Origin: an uncultured delta proteobacterium
Lineage (GTDB): Bacteria > Myxococcota > Myxococcia > SLRQ01
Length of the DNA: 64,000 nt
Direction: 5' to 3'
NCBI GenBank assembly: GCA_963727485.1
Contig: CAVSGM010000002.1
Location: 1,760,001 to 1,824,000, forward strand
Both the position numbers and the translations under genes were made by a program. Below the pieces are notes generated by a model. It had not been told where the DNA came from. It made no database searches and worked only from the letters and a program-made list of their open reading frames with translations. Positions 29,116 through 40,500 of this stretch are shown in pieces (position 1 is the first letter of the stretch; each line of letters starts with the position of its first letter).

Positions 29116-30489
29116 GTGAGCACTTCGCGCGAACCCGGCCAGGCGGCCGCCCTCGACGCCGCCGCCCACGAGGGCGCGTTCGAGCTCTTCCGCACGCTGC
29201 TGCGCCACGACACCACCAACCCCCCGGGCGCCGAGGCGGCCGCGGCGCGGACCGTCGCCGACTTTCTCGCCGACGGCGGCCTCGACCCCGAGGTGATCGA
29301 GACCGCGCCGGGCCGCGCCTGCACCGTGGCGCGCCTCAAGGGCACGGGAGAGAAGCCGCCGCTCCTCCTCGCCGGCCACCTCGACGTGGTCCCCGCCGAG
29401 GACGGCCCCTGGACCCGCCCGCCCTTCGCCGCCGAGGTCCACGAGGGCTGGCTCTACGGCCGGGGCGCCGTCGACATGAAGAACATGGTGGCCATGAGCG
29501 CCGCCATCCTCCGCCACCTCGCCGAGGGCGGGGTGACCCCCGACCGCGACCTCATCGTCGCCGCCGTCGCCGACGAGGAGGCCGGCTGCGACCACGGGGC
29601 CACCTACCTGGTCGACCACCACCCGGACCTGGTCCGCGCCGAGTACGCCCTGGGCGAGGTCGGCGGCTTCTCCATGTACGTCATGGGCCGGACCTTCTAC
29701 CCGGTGCAGGTCGCGGAGAAGGGGGTCGCCTGGCTGAAGGCCACGACCCGGGGCGAGGCGGGCCACGGGTCCATGCCCCGGTCCGACTCGGCGGTGGTGC
29801 GCCTCGCCGAGGCGGTGGCCGCCATGGGCCGGACGCGCCTGCCCCAGCACACCTCCGAGGTGGTCGAGACCTACTTCAAGAGCGTCGCCCGACACCTCCC
29901 GGCGCCGGCGCGCCAAGTCCTCCCGCGGCTGCTCAACCGGCACCTCTCGGGGCTCATCCTCGACAGGCTGCTCCCCGACCCGGGCCTCGCCCGCACCTTT
30001 TCCACCGCCCTGTCCAACACCGTGAGCCCCACGGTCCTGCGCGCCGGCACCAAGATCAACGTCATCCCCGGCGAGGCCTCGGTTCAGCTCGACGGGCGCA
30101 CGCTGCCGGGGCAGACCGCGGCGCAGCTCGTCGCCGAGCTCACCGACCTCGTCGGCGAGGACGTGGCCTTCGAGGTCCTCAAGGAGGCGCCGCCGGTCCA
30201 GACCAGCCCGGACACCGAGGTCTACCGGATCATCGCCGACGCGCTGGTGCGCGCCGACCCCGAGGGCATCCCGGTGCCCTACCTCCTCCCGGGGTTCACC
30301 GACGCCAAGGCGTTCCACCGCCTGGGCACCAGGTGGTACGGCTGCGCCCCGGTGCGCCTGCCCAAGGACGCCGGCGTCGCCTTCGCCGAGCTCTACCACC
30401 GCCCCGACGAGCGCATCCCGGTGGACGGGTTCCACTGGGGGCTCGACGTGCTGGCCGACATCGTCACCCGGATCGTCGGCGCGCCCTGA
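29116..30489 (+). CDS. M20/M25/M40 family metallo-hydrolase
   Basis: LAGHLDVVP, YGRGAVDMK, ADEEAG, AEKG, GHGSMP, GFTDA, H.PDERI. Confidence 0.92.
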   Translation: MSTSREPGQAAALDAAAHEGAFELFRTLLRHDTTNPPGAEAAAARTVADFLADGGLDPEVIETAPGRACTVARLKGTGEKPPLLLAGHLDVVPAEDGPWTRPPFAAEVHEGWLYGRGAVDMKNMVAMSAAILRHLAEGGVTPDRDLIVAAVADEEAGCDHGATYLVDHHPDLVRAEYALGEVGGFSMYVMGRTFYPVQVAEKGVAWLKATTRGEAGHGSMPRSDSAVVRLAEAVAAMGRTRLPQHTSEVVETYFKSVARHLPAPARQVLPRLLNRHLSGLILDRLLPDPGLARTFSTALSNTVSPTVLRAGTKINVIPGEASVQLDGRTLPGQTAAQLVAELTDLVGEDVAFEVLKEAPPVQTSPDTEVYRIIADALVRADPEGIPVPYLLPGFTDAKAFHRLGTRWYGCAPVRLPKDAGVAFAELYHRPDERIPVDGFHWGLDVLADIVTRIVGAP

Positions 30490-30543
30490 CCCCGGGGCTC
30501 GCCCCGGGATGCATCCGGGCGCGGCGTGTGCCAGATTGCGACC

Positions 30544-31263
30544 ATGTGCGGTCGCTACACCCTGGTGGCCCCCGGCGAGGAGGTGGCCCGGCGCTTCGGT
30601 CTGCCCGCCGCGCCGCACCTCGAGCCCCGGTACAACGTGGCGCCGACCCAACAGGTGCCCATCGTCCGCGCGGCGGGCGCGTCCGCAGCGGCGGGCGGGG
30701 AGGGCGGCGAGCCGGCGCAAGGCGACGCGCGGGAGCTGGCCCTGGTCCGCTGGGGCCTGGTGCCGTTTTTCGCCAAGGACCCGGCCATCGGAAACCGCAT
30801 GATCAACGCCCGCGCCGAGACCGTGGCGTCGAAGCCCGCCTTCCGCGCCGCCTTCCAGCGCCGCCGCTGCCTCGCCCCGGCCACCGGCTTCTACGAGTGG
30901 CTAAAGCAGGGCAAGCTCAAGCAGCCGTTCCTCCTGCGCCTGACCGGCGGCGGGCTCTTCGCCATCGCCTCGCTCTTCGAGCGGTGGAAGCCCAAGGACG
31001 CAGGCGACGAGGTCGCGCCCCTCGAGTCCATGACCCTGCTCACCTGCGCCCCCAACGCCCTGGCCGCCACCGTCCACGACCGGATGCCGCTGATCCTCCC
31101 GGAGGCCGCCTGGGAGGCCTGGCTCGATCCGGCGACGCCGCGGGCGGCCCTGGCGGCGCTCCTCGTCCCCTATCCCGCCGAGGCCATGGAGGCGTTCCCG
31201 GTGAGCCGGCTGGTCAACAGCCCGGCGAACGACGATCCCCAGTGCGTGGAGCCGCTTCCGTGA
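30544..31263 (+). CDS. yedK: SOS response-associated peptidase (SRAP/YedK/HMCES) abasic-site protein
   Basis: N-terminal MCGRY, YNVAPT, INARAET, GFYEW, HDRMP, VNSPAND. Confidence 0.92.
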   Translation: MCGRYTLVAPGEEVARRFGLPAAPHLEPRYNVAPTQQVPIVRAAGASAAAGGEGGEPAQGDARELALVRWGLVPFFAKDPAIGNRMINARAETVASKPAFRAAFQRRRCLAPATGFYEWLKQGKLKQPFLLRLTGGGLFAIASLFERWKPKDAGDEVAPLESMTLLTCAPNALAATVHDRMPLILPEAAWEAWLDPATPRAALAALLVPYPAEAMEAFPVSRLVNSPANDDPQCVEPLP

Positions 31264-31676
31264 GGCGCCCGCGATCGCTGGCGGCCCTCGCCGCCGCCCT
31301 GGCCCTGACCCCCGGCTGCGCCACCCTGGTCACCGGCACCGACCAGAAGGTCCGCTTCGTCACCGATCCTCCCGGCGCCACCGTGACCCTCGACAACGGC
31401 GCCAAGGTCGAGACCCCAGGCGTCCTCTACGTGGGCCGCCGTCTCCCCCACACCGCCACCGTCACCGCCCCCGGCCGCTGCCCGGCCGAGCTGGTGATCG
31501 TGCGCCACGTGACCCCCTGGGTCCTCGGCGACGTGTTCACCGGGATCCTCCCGGGCCTCGTCGTCGACTTCCTGGTGGGCGGCGCCTTCGGCCTCCCCGA
31601 CGAGGTGAAGGCGCCGGTGGGCGAGGCGAAGACCGCTACCAGTGGTCGATGCGCCAGCGCCCCTTCACCTTCTTGA
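31260..31676 (+). CDS. PEGA-like domain lipoprotein
   Basis: Lipobox LTPGC-ATLVTG, TDPPGATV, GLVVDFLVGGAF. Confidence 0.75.
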   Translation: MRRPRSLAALAAALALTPGCATLVTGTDQKVRFVTDPPGATVTLDNGAKVETPGVLYVGRRLPHTATVTAPGRCPAELVIVRHVTPWVLGDVFTGILPGLVVDFLVGGAFGLPDEVKAPVGEAKTATSGRCASAPSPS

Positions 31677-32934
31677 GGAAGAGGGTGTCGGTGTTCACCC
31701 AGTCCTTGCGCACGTAGCGGACGCAGAAGCGCAGCAGCCCGCGCCGGTTCAGCTCCACCGCCCGGTCGTCCTGCTGGCCCCCCGAGAAGATGAACAGCGG
31801 GCAGGGGTCGACCCGGTAGCCGTTCTTCAGCCGGCCCTGGATCGACTCGAGGTTGTACTTGGGGCTGGTGCGGTCCTTCTCGGCGTCGTAGAGGGCGGTG
31901 AAGCGCCCGAGGTGGCCGGCCTTGGCCTCGGCGATGGCCTTCGCCACCACCTGCTGCGCCCGGGGCCAGGCGTGGCGCAGACGCTTGACCAGCGCCGGGT
32001 GGGTGGGCACCGAGAGGATCCCCGGCCCCACGGTGAAGGGCAGGGCGGTGGGCCGGTTGCCGGTGCCGTGCTTCGCCTCCTCGAGGCCGGTGGTCCACGC
32101 CTCCTCCACGCGCTTGAGGTCCCGGACCATCTCCAGGCACTCGGCGAGGCGCTTCCGGTGATCGAGGGCGTCGGCGGCGGTGTCGGCCCGCTCGATCCCC
32201 CGGGCGAGCGGCTGCTCCACCCGCGGCTCCCGGTCCCAGATGCACCCGCGCTTCTCGTCGAAGTCGGCCTTGAGCCGGGTGATCATCAGGTCCTCGAGCA
32301 GGGCCGCGCGCTGCTTGACGAGTGACGCCGCGTACCGCTCGCCGGCGAGCTGGTCGAAGTACCTGGTCACCCGGGGGCAGAAGCGCCTCGGGTCCATGGC
32401 GGTCTTGGTGGGCGTCGGGGTCCCGAGCACCGCCAGGTGCTGGGCCTGGCGCGCCGGGGCGCCCACCAGCTTGTCCACCAGGGGCCCCACCACCTTGGCC
32501 GCCTCCTCGAGGTGCTTGAGCTGTGCCGACGACCGCGCCAGGAGCTTGGCGTCCTTGGCGTCGAGGAGCTTCAAGGTGACGACGTAGAGCTTGCCCAGGC
32601 GCCCCACCTGCCCGGTGACCACCAGGTCCGCGTTCACCGCCCCGCCGAGGGTGGCCATGCAGCTGGCGTCGGAGCACCCGAGGAGCTGCTTCTGGGCGTC
32701 GACCGAGAGCAGGCTCTTGATGTCCGAGGGGCCCAGGGCCCGGATCCCGTGGCGGTTGAGCAGGGCGTCGAGGACCAGCTCGGTGAGCACCTTCGCCGCC
32801 GGGCGGTCGGCCTTCGTGGTCGACTGGATCCCCGGGACCACGAACTTGTGGCCGTCGGCGAGGGCGGGCCGCGGCGCGGCGGCGAGGACGAGGAGGGCGG
32901 CGAGGGCGGCGAGGGCGGCGGAGGCGTGTCGCAT
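31636..32934 (-). CDS. Secreted hypothetical protein with TolB-N/CsgG-like N-terminal domain
   Basis: Signal peptide ending ALA; KQLLGCSDASCMATLGGAVNADLVVTGQVGRLG; several Cys. Confidence 0.7.
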   Translation of the reverse strand: MRHASAALAALAALLVLAAAPRPALADGHKFVVPGIQSTTKADRPAAKVLTELVLDALLNRHGIRALGPSDIKSLLSVDAQKQLLGCSDASCMATLGGAVNADLVVTGQVGRLGKLYVVTLKLLDAKDAKLLARSSAQLKHLEEAAKVVGPLVDKLVGAPARQAQHLAVLGTPTPTKTAMDPRRFCPRVTRYFDQLAGERYAASLVKQRAALLEDLMITRLKADFDEKRGCIWDREPRVEQPLARGIERADTAADALDHRKRLAECLEMVRDLKRVEEAWTTGLEEAKHGTGNRPTALPFTVGPGILSVPTHPALVKRLRHAWPRAQQVVAKAIAEAKAGHLGRFTALYDAEKDRTSPKYNLESIQGRLKNGYRVDPCPLFIFSGGQQDDRAVELNRRGLLRFCVRYVRKDWVNTDTLFLKKVKGRWRIDHW

Positions 32935-32954
32935 GGTGCCTCCGTTCTACCCCA

Positions 32955-34418
32955 TCAGGGCCCCGGGCCGTCGAGGGCGTCGAGGGCGTTTCGGGTGAGC
33001 CTCGCGGCGGTGGCGCTGGTGCGGTGGGGGATGGCGCCTTCCGGGTCCAAGGCGAAGGACCAATCCAGGGAGCCGGCGGCGAAGACCCGGGTCCCCGAGG
33101 GCGCGGCGTAGAAGGTGGCGTTGGACACCGCGGTCCCGCCGTAGAGGGGGAAGCTGCCTCGGGTGAGCACCCGGATCCCGGCAGGGGTCGATCCGTTGTC
33201 GAGGAGACCGTCGGCCTCGTAGCCCACCAGATCCCCCAGGTCGGCGCCGTCGTGGATCCCGGTGCCGGCGAAGAGGGGATCGGACGCATCGACGGCCTTT
33301 TCGGGGTAGCGCTGCTTCCCCACCAGCCCCACGTAGGCCACCCCGAGGATCGCGTTCGCGGGCTGCCCCAGGTCGCGCCAGCGGATGGTCACCCGGCTCG
33401 GGTTGGCGACCGGGTCGAGGCTGGCGTCGCGGTAGCACACCAGGACCGAGCGGGGGGTGGCGTCGGGGCCCGGCTCCAGGCGCGCCTGCCAGTAGAGGTC
33501 GTTGGCGCCGAGGGCCGCGAGGTTCGGGTGACCGTTCGCCACCGCGGCGGCGAGATGGCTGCGGGCGTCGTAGGTGACGTACTCGTCGTGGCCCACCAGG
33601 ATCACCGCCTTCACCTTCGGGTCCGGGGCCGCGGCGTCGAGCTCGAAGTCGGTCTCGTAGGAGACCCTCGCGCCGTAGGTGCGATCGAGCCAGCGGAGGA
33701 TCGGCGCGTCGTAGGCGCCCAGGTTGGTGGCCAGGAGCCCCGCCGCGTCGTAGGGCCGCCGGAAGCTCACCCGCTGGGCGGCGACCTTCCCTTGGCTGTT
33801 GTAGCCGTAGAGGCTGTGGCCCCCCCACGAGTTGTAGGCCTCGAAGGTGAACACGCCGATCACCGCCAGGTAGTCGGTGGGCCGCCGGCTGCCCACCACC
33901 AGGGGCACCGCCGTCGGCCGCCGTCGGGGGTGGTGAGGCGCAGGAGGTAGACCCCGCTGGGCCAGGGCCCGATGGTGAGGTGGAGGGTCGGGCGCCAGCC
34001 GCAGTCGAGGAGACCGTCGGGGCCGGCGTCGCAGGGGGGCTGGGGGATCGCCGGGACGTGCGTCCAAGCGGCCATCAGCTTGCTGTTCCGGTCGCCGTAG
34101 GCGCCGACCCGCAGGAGGCGCACGGTGAAGGTCGGCGCGACGGTGCGCACGTAGAGGGGCACCTCGTCGCCGGGGTAGGCCGCGTGGGCCACGCTGAAGG
34201 CGTCGATGGAGGGGCCGCCCTCGGGAAGCCACCACCAGGGCAGGCTCGGGAGGATCGTGTCGGGCGCGCCGGTCACGGCGGGGGGCGCCGGCTGCCGCGC
34301 CTCCAGGGCCGGTCGGGGGAATCCGTGGGGGCCGCAGCCCACGGCGAGGACCAGGACCAGGACCACCCCCCCCCCCCTGCCGCCGGGCTCGGCCGCCCTG
34401 GGGGTGCGCGGTGGGCAT
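32955..34418 (-). CDS. N,N-dimethylformamidase beta-subunit-like lipoprotein (frameshifts ~34370 and ~33915)
   Basis: Lipobox LAVGC; WPSGVYLLRL; AYNSWGGHSLY, VSFRRPY, GHDEY, GANDLYWQARL, LVGYEAD, VFAAGS. Confidence 0.75.
   Translation of the reverse strand: MPTAHPQGGRARRQGGGGGPGPGPRRGLRPPRIPPTGPGGAAAGAPRRDRRARHDPPEPALVVASRGRPLHRRLQRGPRGLPRRRGAPLRAHRRADLHRAPPAGRRLRRPEQQADGRLDARPGDPPAPLRRRPRRSPRLRLAPDPPPHHRALAQRGLPPAPHHPRRRPTAVPLVVGSRRPTDYLAVIGVFTFEAYNSWGGHSLYGYNSQGKVAAQRVSFRRPYDAAGLLATNLGAYDAPILRWLDRTYGARVSYETDFELDAAAPDPKVKAVILVGHDEYVTYDARSHLAAAVANGHPNLAALGANDLYWQARLEPGPDATPRSVLVCYRDASLDPVANPSRVTIRWRDLGQPANAILGVAYVGLVGKQRYPEKAVDASDPLFAGTGIHDGADLGDLVGYEADGLLDNGSTPAGIRVLTRGSFPLYGGTAVSNATFYAAPSGTRVFAAGSLDWSFALDPEGAIPHRTSATAARLTRNALDALDGPGP
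34366..34377. repeat. C12 homopolymer (G12 on the coding strand) in a signal-peptide region
   Basis: Direct count of 12 C between gacca and tgc. Confidence 0.9.
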
Positions 34419-34535
34419 CCCTAGACTCTACTACCGGGTCCGGGAACGGGCGAGGACAATCCGGGATGGGATCTCCCCGGGGGGATCCGGCGCCTCGGCG
34501 CCCCGGGTCACGAACTGGCGGGGCTCCCGGCGCGG

Positions 34536-34544
34536 TGGTAACAT
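34536..34544 (+). promoter_or_regulatory. Extended -10 element upstream of the giant gene
   Basis: TG-G-TAACAT about 55 nt before ATG 34599. Confidence 0.4.
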
Positions 34545-34598
34545 CGCGTCTCTCCGGTTCCTCTGCAATCGCAAGGACTTACGAGGCCGACGCCCCAA

Positions 34599-37500
34599 AT
34601 GGCCGACCCCACCGCCCCGCGCCGGGAGGGCCCCGAGGCCCCAGACCCCGCGTCGACCCGCCCGGCCGACGACGGGCCCCGCTTCGCCCTCTCGTTCATC
34701 GAGGGGCGGGCGCTGGTGGGCTTCGAGGACCGGCCCATCTCCCCCTGGCTCACCGTGCGCCGGTACGCCATGGAGATCCCCGACGTCACCTTCCCCTTCG
34801 ACGTCACCGGGGGCGCCGAGCGCTTCCGCCACCGGCGCTGCCGCCTGGTGGCGCTGACCTTCGAGGCCGACGAGGCCGGGTGCGTCGCCGAGCTCCGCGG
34901 GCGCGTGGATCTCGCCGCCTTCGGCCTCGAGGAGGTCGCGGTGGCCTTCGCCGAGGGCTTCGTGGAGGTCGCCGGCACCGTCGCCGCCGGGCACCTCGAC
35001 GAGACCGGGGGCGACGCCGGCGCCATCGGCGAGCGGGTCCCCTTCACCCTGAAGATCGCCGTGGACGCCTCGGCCGATCGCGAGGTGCGCCTGCTGGTCC
35101 ACGACGTGCGCCTCTACGGCGAGAGCACCCTGGCCGCGCCGGCGGTGGCCACCGCGCTCCTCGCGGCGGTGGCGCACAGCGACCTGCCGGTGGAGACGGT
35201 GGCGCCGGCGGTGGTGCGCTTCGACCCGGTCCCCGGCTTCCTCCGGGGCCTGCTCCCCCGCCACGGGTGGAAGCTCCCGGACGCCCGGCACCTGCGCCTC
35301 ACCGGCGCCGAGATCCACCCCGGGCGCCTCGCCCTCACCTTCGACGCCGGCCAGGGGACCCACGCGCTGCCCGCCGGTGACGCCCTGCGCCCGTTCCTCT
35401 CGGCCCTCGAGGGGAGCCGGGCCTTCGAGGACGCCGAGCGGGCCATCGCCGAGGGGCGCCTCGACGACGCCCGGGCCGCCTACCTCGACCTCGAGGGGCC
35501 GCTCCTCGAGCACCCCTTCGCCGCCGAGCGCACCCTGGCGCTCCTGGCCGCCGAGCCCACCACCCGCGACGAGGCCCTCGACCTCGCCGCCGCCTGGCTG
35601 GAGCGCGAGCCCGGCTTCCCCCCGGCGCTCTGGGTCGCCGCCCAGGTCCGCCGGGCCACCGGGGCCGCCGGTGCCGCCAAGGCCCTGTTGAACCTCTCGG
35701 TCCACGCCCGGGAGCGCGGGGAGATCCTCGGCGCCCTCTTCGCCGCCGCCGCCGCCGGGGCCGCCGCCGAGGACGAGGGCGATCTCGGCCTCGCGGTCAC
35801 CGCCTGGGAGCGGGCGCTGGCCGTCCGGGCGATGCACCCCCCGGCCCTCGAGGCCCTCGCCCGCCTCTACCCGAAGGTCGCCGACCTCGCCGGCGCCGCG
35901 CGGGTCCTGGGCCACCTGCTCACCGTCACCCGGGGGCCCGAGCGCGCCCGGGCCCACCTGGCCCTCGGTCGCCTCCACGCCGAGGAGCTCGAGCCCCTGG
36001 GGGTCCCCGAGGGCGAGGTCGCCCGGGCCTGGCGCGCCCGCCGCGCCGCCGCCCCGTTCACCGGCGACCTCACCCGGGCCAAGCTCCACTTCGACGCCGC
36101 CCTGCGCCTCGACCCCGGGCTCACCGGCGCCTGGCTCTCCCTGGGCCGGGCCTGCGTGCGCCGGGCCGAGCCCCTGCGGGCGGTGCGCTGCCTCGACCGG
36201 GGGGCCGAGGGGCTGCTCGCCGAGGGGCGCCGCACCGAGGCCACCGCGGTGGCCATGGAGATCGGGCGGCTGTGGGAGGAGCAGCTCGGCCACGCCGAGA
36301 ACGCGCTGTTGCGCTACCGGGAGGTCCTCGACGCCGACCCCGAGGCCCTCGAGGCGCGCCTGCGCTACGCCCGCCTCGCCGAGACCCTGGACCACCTCCC
36401 GGAGGCCGAGGGGGCCTTCGAGGAGGCCCTGGTGCTCCTCGCCCCGCGCCTCGAGGCCGGGGGGGCGGACGCCGAGGACGAGGCCGCCCCGGGCCCGGAT
36501 CCCGCCGACGCCGGCGCCGCCCTCGACGCCCACCTGGCCCTGGCCCGCCTCTCCCAGGCCCGGCACCGGGACCCGGCGGCCGCCGCCGCCCACCTCGAGG
36601 CGGCCTACGCCCTCTGCGCCCCCGCCGGCCGCGCCGCCGCCGCCCCGGGCCTCCTCGCCCGGCTGGTGGCCCGCTACGAGGAGTCCGGGGACGCCCGGCG
36701 CCTGGCGGTGGCCTGCACCCGCGCCGCCGCCACCGCCCCGACCCCCGCCGAGGCCGCCGCCTGGCTCGCCCGGGCCGCCCGGGTCCTCGCCGAGGACGTC
36801 GGCGACGTCCCCGCCGCCCGGGCCCGCCTCGCCGAGGCCCGGGAGCGCGACCCCGAGGGCCTCGCGCCCCTGGAGGCGGCGCTCCGTGTCGCCGAGGCCC
36901 ACGGTCCCCCGGCCGCCGCCGCCGAGGCCCTCGAGGCCCTGGCCACCCGCCGGGACGACGCCGACGGCCGCGCCGGGGCCCTCCTCGCCCTCGGCCGCCT
37001 CCGGGCCGGGGCGCTCGACGCCCCCCGGGACGCCCTCGACGCCTTCGCCCGGGCCCGGGCCGAGGCCACGGATCCGGACCTCGCCGCCGCCGCCGCCGCC
37101 GAGGCGGTGGCCGTGGCCCGGCGCCTCGACGACCCCGAGGCCCTCGCCGAGGCCCTGGGGGTGCAGGCCACCGGGCTCACCGAGGCCCACGCCGCCGCCG
37201 CCGTCGCCGAGCTCCGCCTCGAGGAGGCCGCCCTCCGGGAGGGCGCCCTCGCCGATCCCACCGGGGCGCTCGTCGCCCTCGAGGCCGGCGCCGCTGTCGC
37301 CCCGGACGACGCCCGGCTCCACTGGCACCTCGGCCGCCTCCGCCTCGACGCCGGCGACGCCGACGCCGCCCACGCCGCCTTCGGCCGCCTCGTCGCCCTC
37401 GGGGGCCCCGGTGCCGCCGGGGTCGCCGAGGCCGAGGGCGCCCGCCGCCTGGGCGAGGCGGCCATGGGCGCCGGCGACCGCGCCGCCGCCGTGGACTTCC

Positions 37501-40500
37501 TCGCCGCCGCCTGGGACGCCGACCCCGGGGACGCCGCCCTCTACGAGCGGGTCGACGCCCTCCTCGGGGAGCTCGGCCGCCCGGGCGCCCGGGCCGATCT
37601 CGCCCGCCGGGCCGGGGAGGCCGCCCTCGAGGTCGGGGACGGCCCCGGCGCCGCCGCAAGGTTCCTCGCCGCCGCCCGCCTCGCCGGGGACACCCTCGGG
37701 GACCTCGACGCCGCCGTCGCCGACACCCAGGCCGCCCTCGACGCCGTCCTCCCCGAGGACACCGCCGGCCGCCGCCTCGAGGCCCGGGCCGCCACCGGGG
37801 GCGGGCCCCTGACCCCCGACGCCGGCGACGCGGTGGCCGCCGCCGCCGCGGGCCTCCTCCTCGATCTCGGGGAGGCCGCCTCCGACCCGGTGCTCCGGGC
37901 CGACGCCCGGGAGGCGCTCGCCGCCCTCGCCGGGGACGCCGCCCTCGCCGCCGGCCACCTCGCCCGCCGGGCCGACGATCTCGGCGAGGCCGGGGAGACC
38001 GAGGCCGAGGTCCGGGCCCTGGAGCAGGCCCTGGCCCTCGACCCGGCCCGGGACGACCTGCGCACCCGCCTCGCCGAGGATCTCGCCGGCGAGGACCCGG
38101 CCGCGGCGCTGGCCCACTACGAGGTGCTCCTCGCCCCCGACCGCCTCCACCCCGACGCCCTCGGCGCCTCGGATCGCCTCCTCCGGGCCGCCGACCTCGC
38201 CGAGGCCGCGGGGCGCCCCGAGCGCGCCCGCCACCACCTGGGCCTCTACCTCGCCCGGGAGCCCGCCGACGAGGGGGCCCTCACCCGCTACGCCGATCTC
38301 CTCCGGGACGCCGGGGCCAGCGGGCCCCTGCACGACGCCCTGGTCCACCACGCCGAGATCCTCGCCCACCGGGGGAGCCGCGCCGGCGACGAGGCCGAGG
38401 TCGACCGGGCCGTCGCCTGCCTCCTCGAGGCCGCGGCGCTGGCAGAGGGGCCGCTGGCCCGCCCCGACGCCGCCCGGGCGGCCCTGGAGCGGGTCCTGGC
38501 CCTCGCCCCGGACGAGGGCCGGGCCCTCGAGGGCATCCTCCCCTACCTCGACGCCGCCGACGACGCGCCGCTCCGGGCCGACGTCCTCGGGCGGCTGGCC
38601 GAGCAGGCCCCGGACCCGGCCGTCGCCGCCGCCCACCTGGTGGCCCGGGGGGCGGCCCTCCTCGGCCTCGAGGACCTCCACGGCGCCGACGGGGCCTACG
38701 CCGACGCCCTCGAGGCCGACCCCACCTCGGTGGCCGCCGCCGAGGGGCTGGCCACCGTCGCCTGGCTGCGCGGGGACCTCGGGCGCTTCGCCGAGGCCGC
38801 CGCCTGGCGCGCCGACCAGGCCACCTCCGACGGGGAGCCCGGCGCCCCGCGGCGCCACCTGGTGGTCGCCCGCCTCCGCCTCGACGCCCTCGGAGACACC
38901 GACGGGGGCCTCGCCGCCCTCGACGCCGCCCTCGCCGGGGAGGCCGCCCTCGGCGCCGTCGAGGCCGAGGAGGCCCATCGCCGGCGCCTGGCCTGCCACC
39001 TCATGGCCGGGGACGCCGCCGGGGCCGAGGCCGACCTCGGCGCCCTCATCGCCGGCCGCCGCCGGGGCGACCCGAAGGGCCGGGCGGCGCTGCTCCGCCA
39101 CCGGGCCGAGCTCCGGGAGGACCAGCTCGCCGATCCCGAGGGGGCCCGGGAGGACTGGGCCGAGGCCCACGCCCTCGACCCCGAGGACCCGGTGGCCCTG
39201 GGCCGGCTGCTGGCCATCGCCGCCGCCGCCGACGAGCCGGTGGCCCTCGCCTTCCTCCAGGCCGACGACGCCGCCCGCCGGCGCCGGGCCGGGGACCTCG
39301 ACGGCGCCGCCCGGGCGCTCGCCGCCCGGGCCGCCCTCCTCGGCGACCGCCTCGGCAATCCCGCCGCCGCCGTCGACGCCGCCCGGGACGCGGTGGCCAC
39401 CGCCGCCGCCCCGGCCCTCCTCGCCGAGCTCCGGGGCGAGCTCCGGACCCGGCTCCGCGCCCTCGGCGACCTCGACGGCGCCTTCGAGACCGCCCTCGCC
39501 GAGGCCGCCGCCCTCGATCCCGCGGCCGCCGCCGCCCACCTCGCCGCCCGGGCCCGGGAGGCCGACGCCGACGGCCGCCCCGATCTGGCCCTCGCCGCCA
39601 GCCGCGCCGCCTTCGCCGCCGCGGTCGAGGACCCGGTCCTCGCCGCCGACCTCGCCTGGCGCCTGGTCCGGGCCGGGAGCGTCGACGAGGCACGGGCCCC
39701 GTCCGCCCGCGCCGCCGCCGCCACCCCCGAGGCCGTCGCCGCCGCCGCCGACCTCGGCCTCGACGAGGCGGTGGGCCGCCTCGCCCTGGTGGCCTTCGCC
39801 CTCGAGGACGCCGCCGCCGCCGCGGCTCTCCTCGATCGCCTCCTCGCCGCCGCCCCCGTCCGGGCGGGCCTCGCCGACCTCGCCGCGGACCGGGCCGCGG
39901 CCCGGGGCGACCTCGACGCCGCCCGGGGGATCCTCGCCGCCCACTTCGAGGCCGCTCCGGGGCCCGGTGCGCCGCCGGGCGGTGGCCCGGCACCTCGCCG
40001 ACCTCGCCGCCGCCGCCGGCGACGCCGCCGCCGAGGCCCTGTGGCTCGCCGAGGCCGGCGCCGAGGCCCCCGAGGACCTCGCCCGGCGCCTCGACGCCCA
40101 CGCCGCAGCCGGGGACGTCTCCGGCGTGCTCGAGCTCGCCCGCCGGCGCCTCGACGCGGGGCCCGCGGCCGGGGACCGCGCCGGCCACCGCGCCGAGCTC
40201 GGGGCGCTGGCCGGGCGCCTCGCCGACGACCTCGGCAATCCCGCCGCCGCCCTGGCCCTCCTCGACGAGCACCCGGACCTGGTGGCCGACGACCCGCGCC
40301 TCCTCGTCCGCCGCCTCGACGCCGCCCGGGCCGCGGACCGCCCCGAGGCCCAGGCCGCCGCCCTGGTGCGCCTCGCCGAGCTCGCCGGGGACGCCGGCGA
40401 CGACGCCGCGGCCGCCGCCTGGCTGGTCGAGCTCGGGCACCTGCGCCGCGCCCGCCTCGACGACCCGGCGGGCGCCGAGGCGGCGCTCACCGAGGCGCTC

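Noticed and set aside
30491..30508. GC hairpin after the M20 gene as an intrinsic terminator
   Set aside because: No U-tract; such hairpins arise readily at this GC content
30518..30533. TGGCAC...GC sigma54-like spacing on the minus strand
   Set aside because: Lacks TT before GC and points antisense into the M20 gene end
31636..31676. 41-nt overlap of convergent gene ends
   Set aside because: Common in stop-poor high-GC genomes and possibly an indel effect
39950..39975. Programmed ribosomal frameshift in the giant gene
   Set aside because: No X-XXY-YYZ slippery heptamer, and the contig has many similar indels
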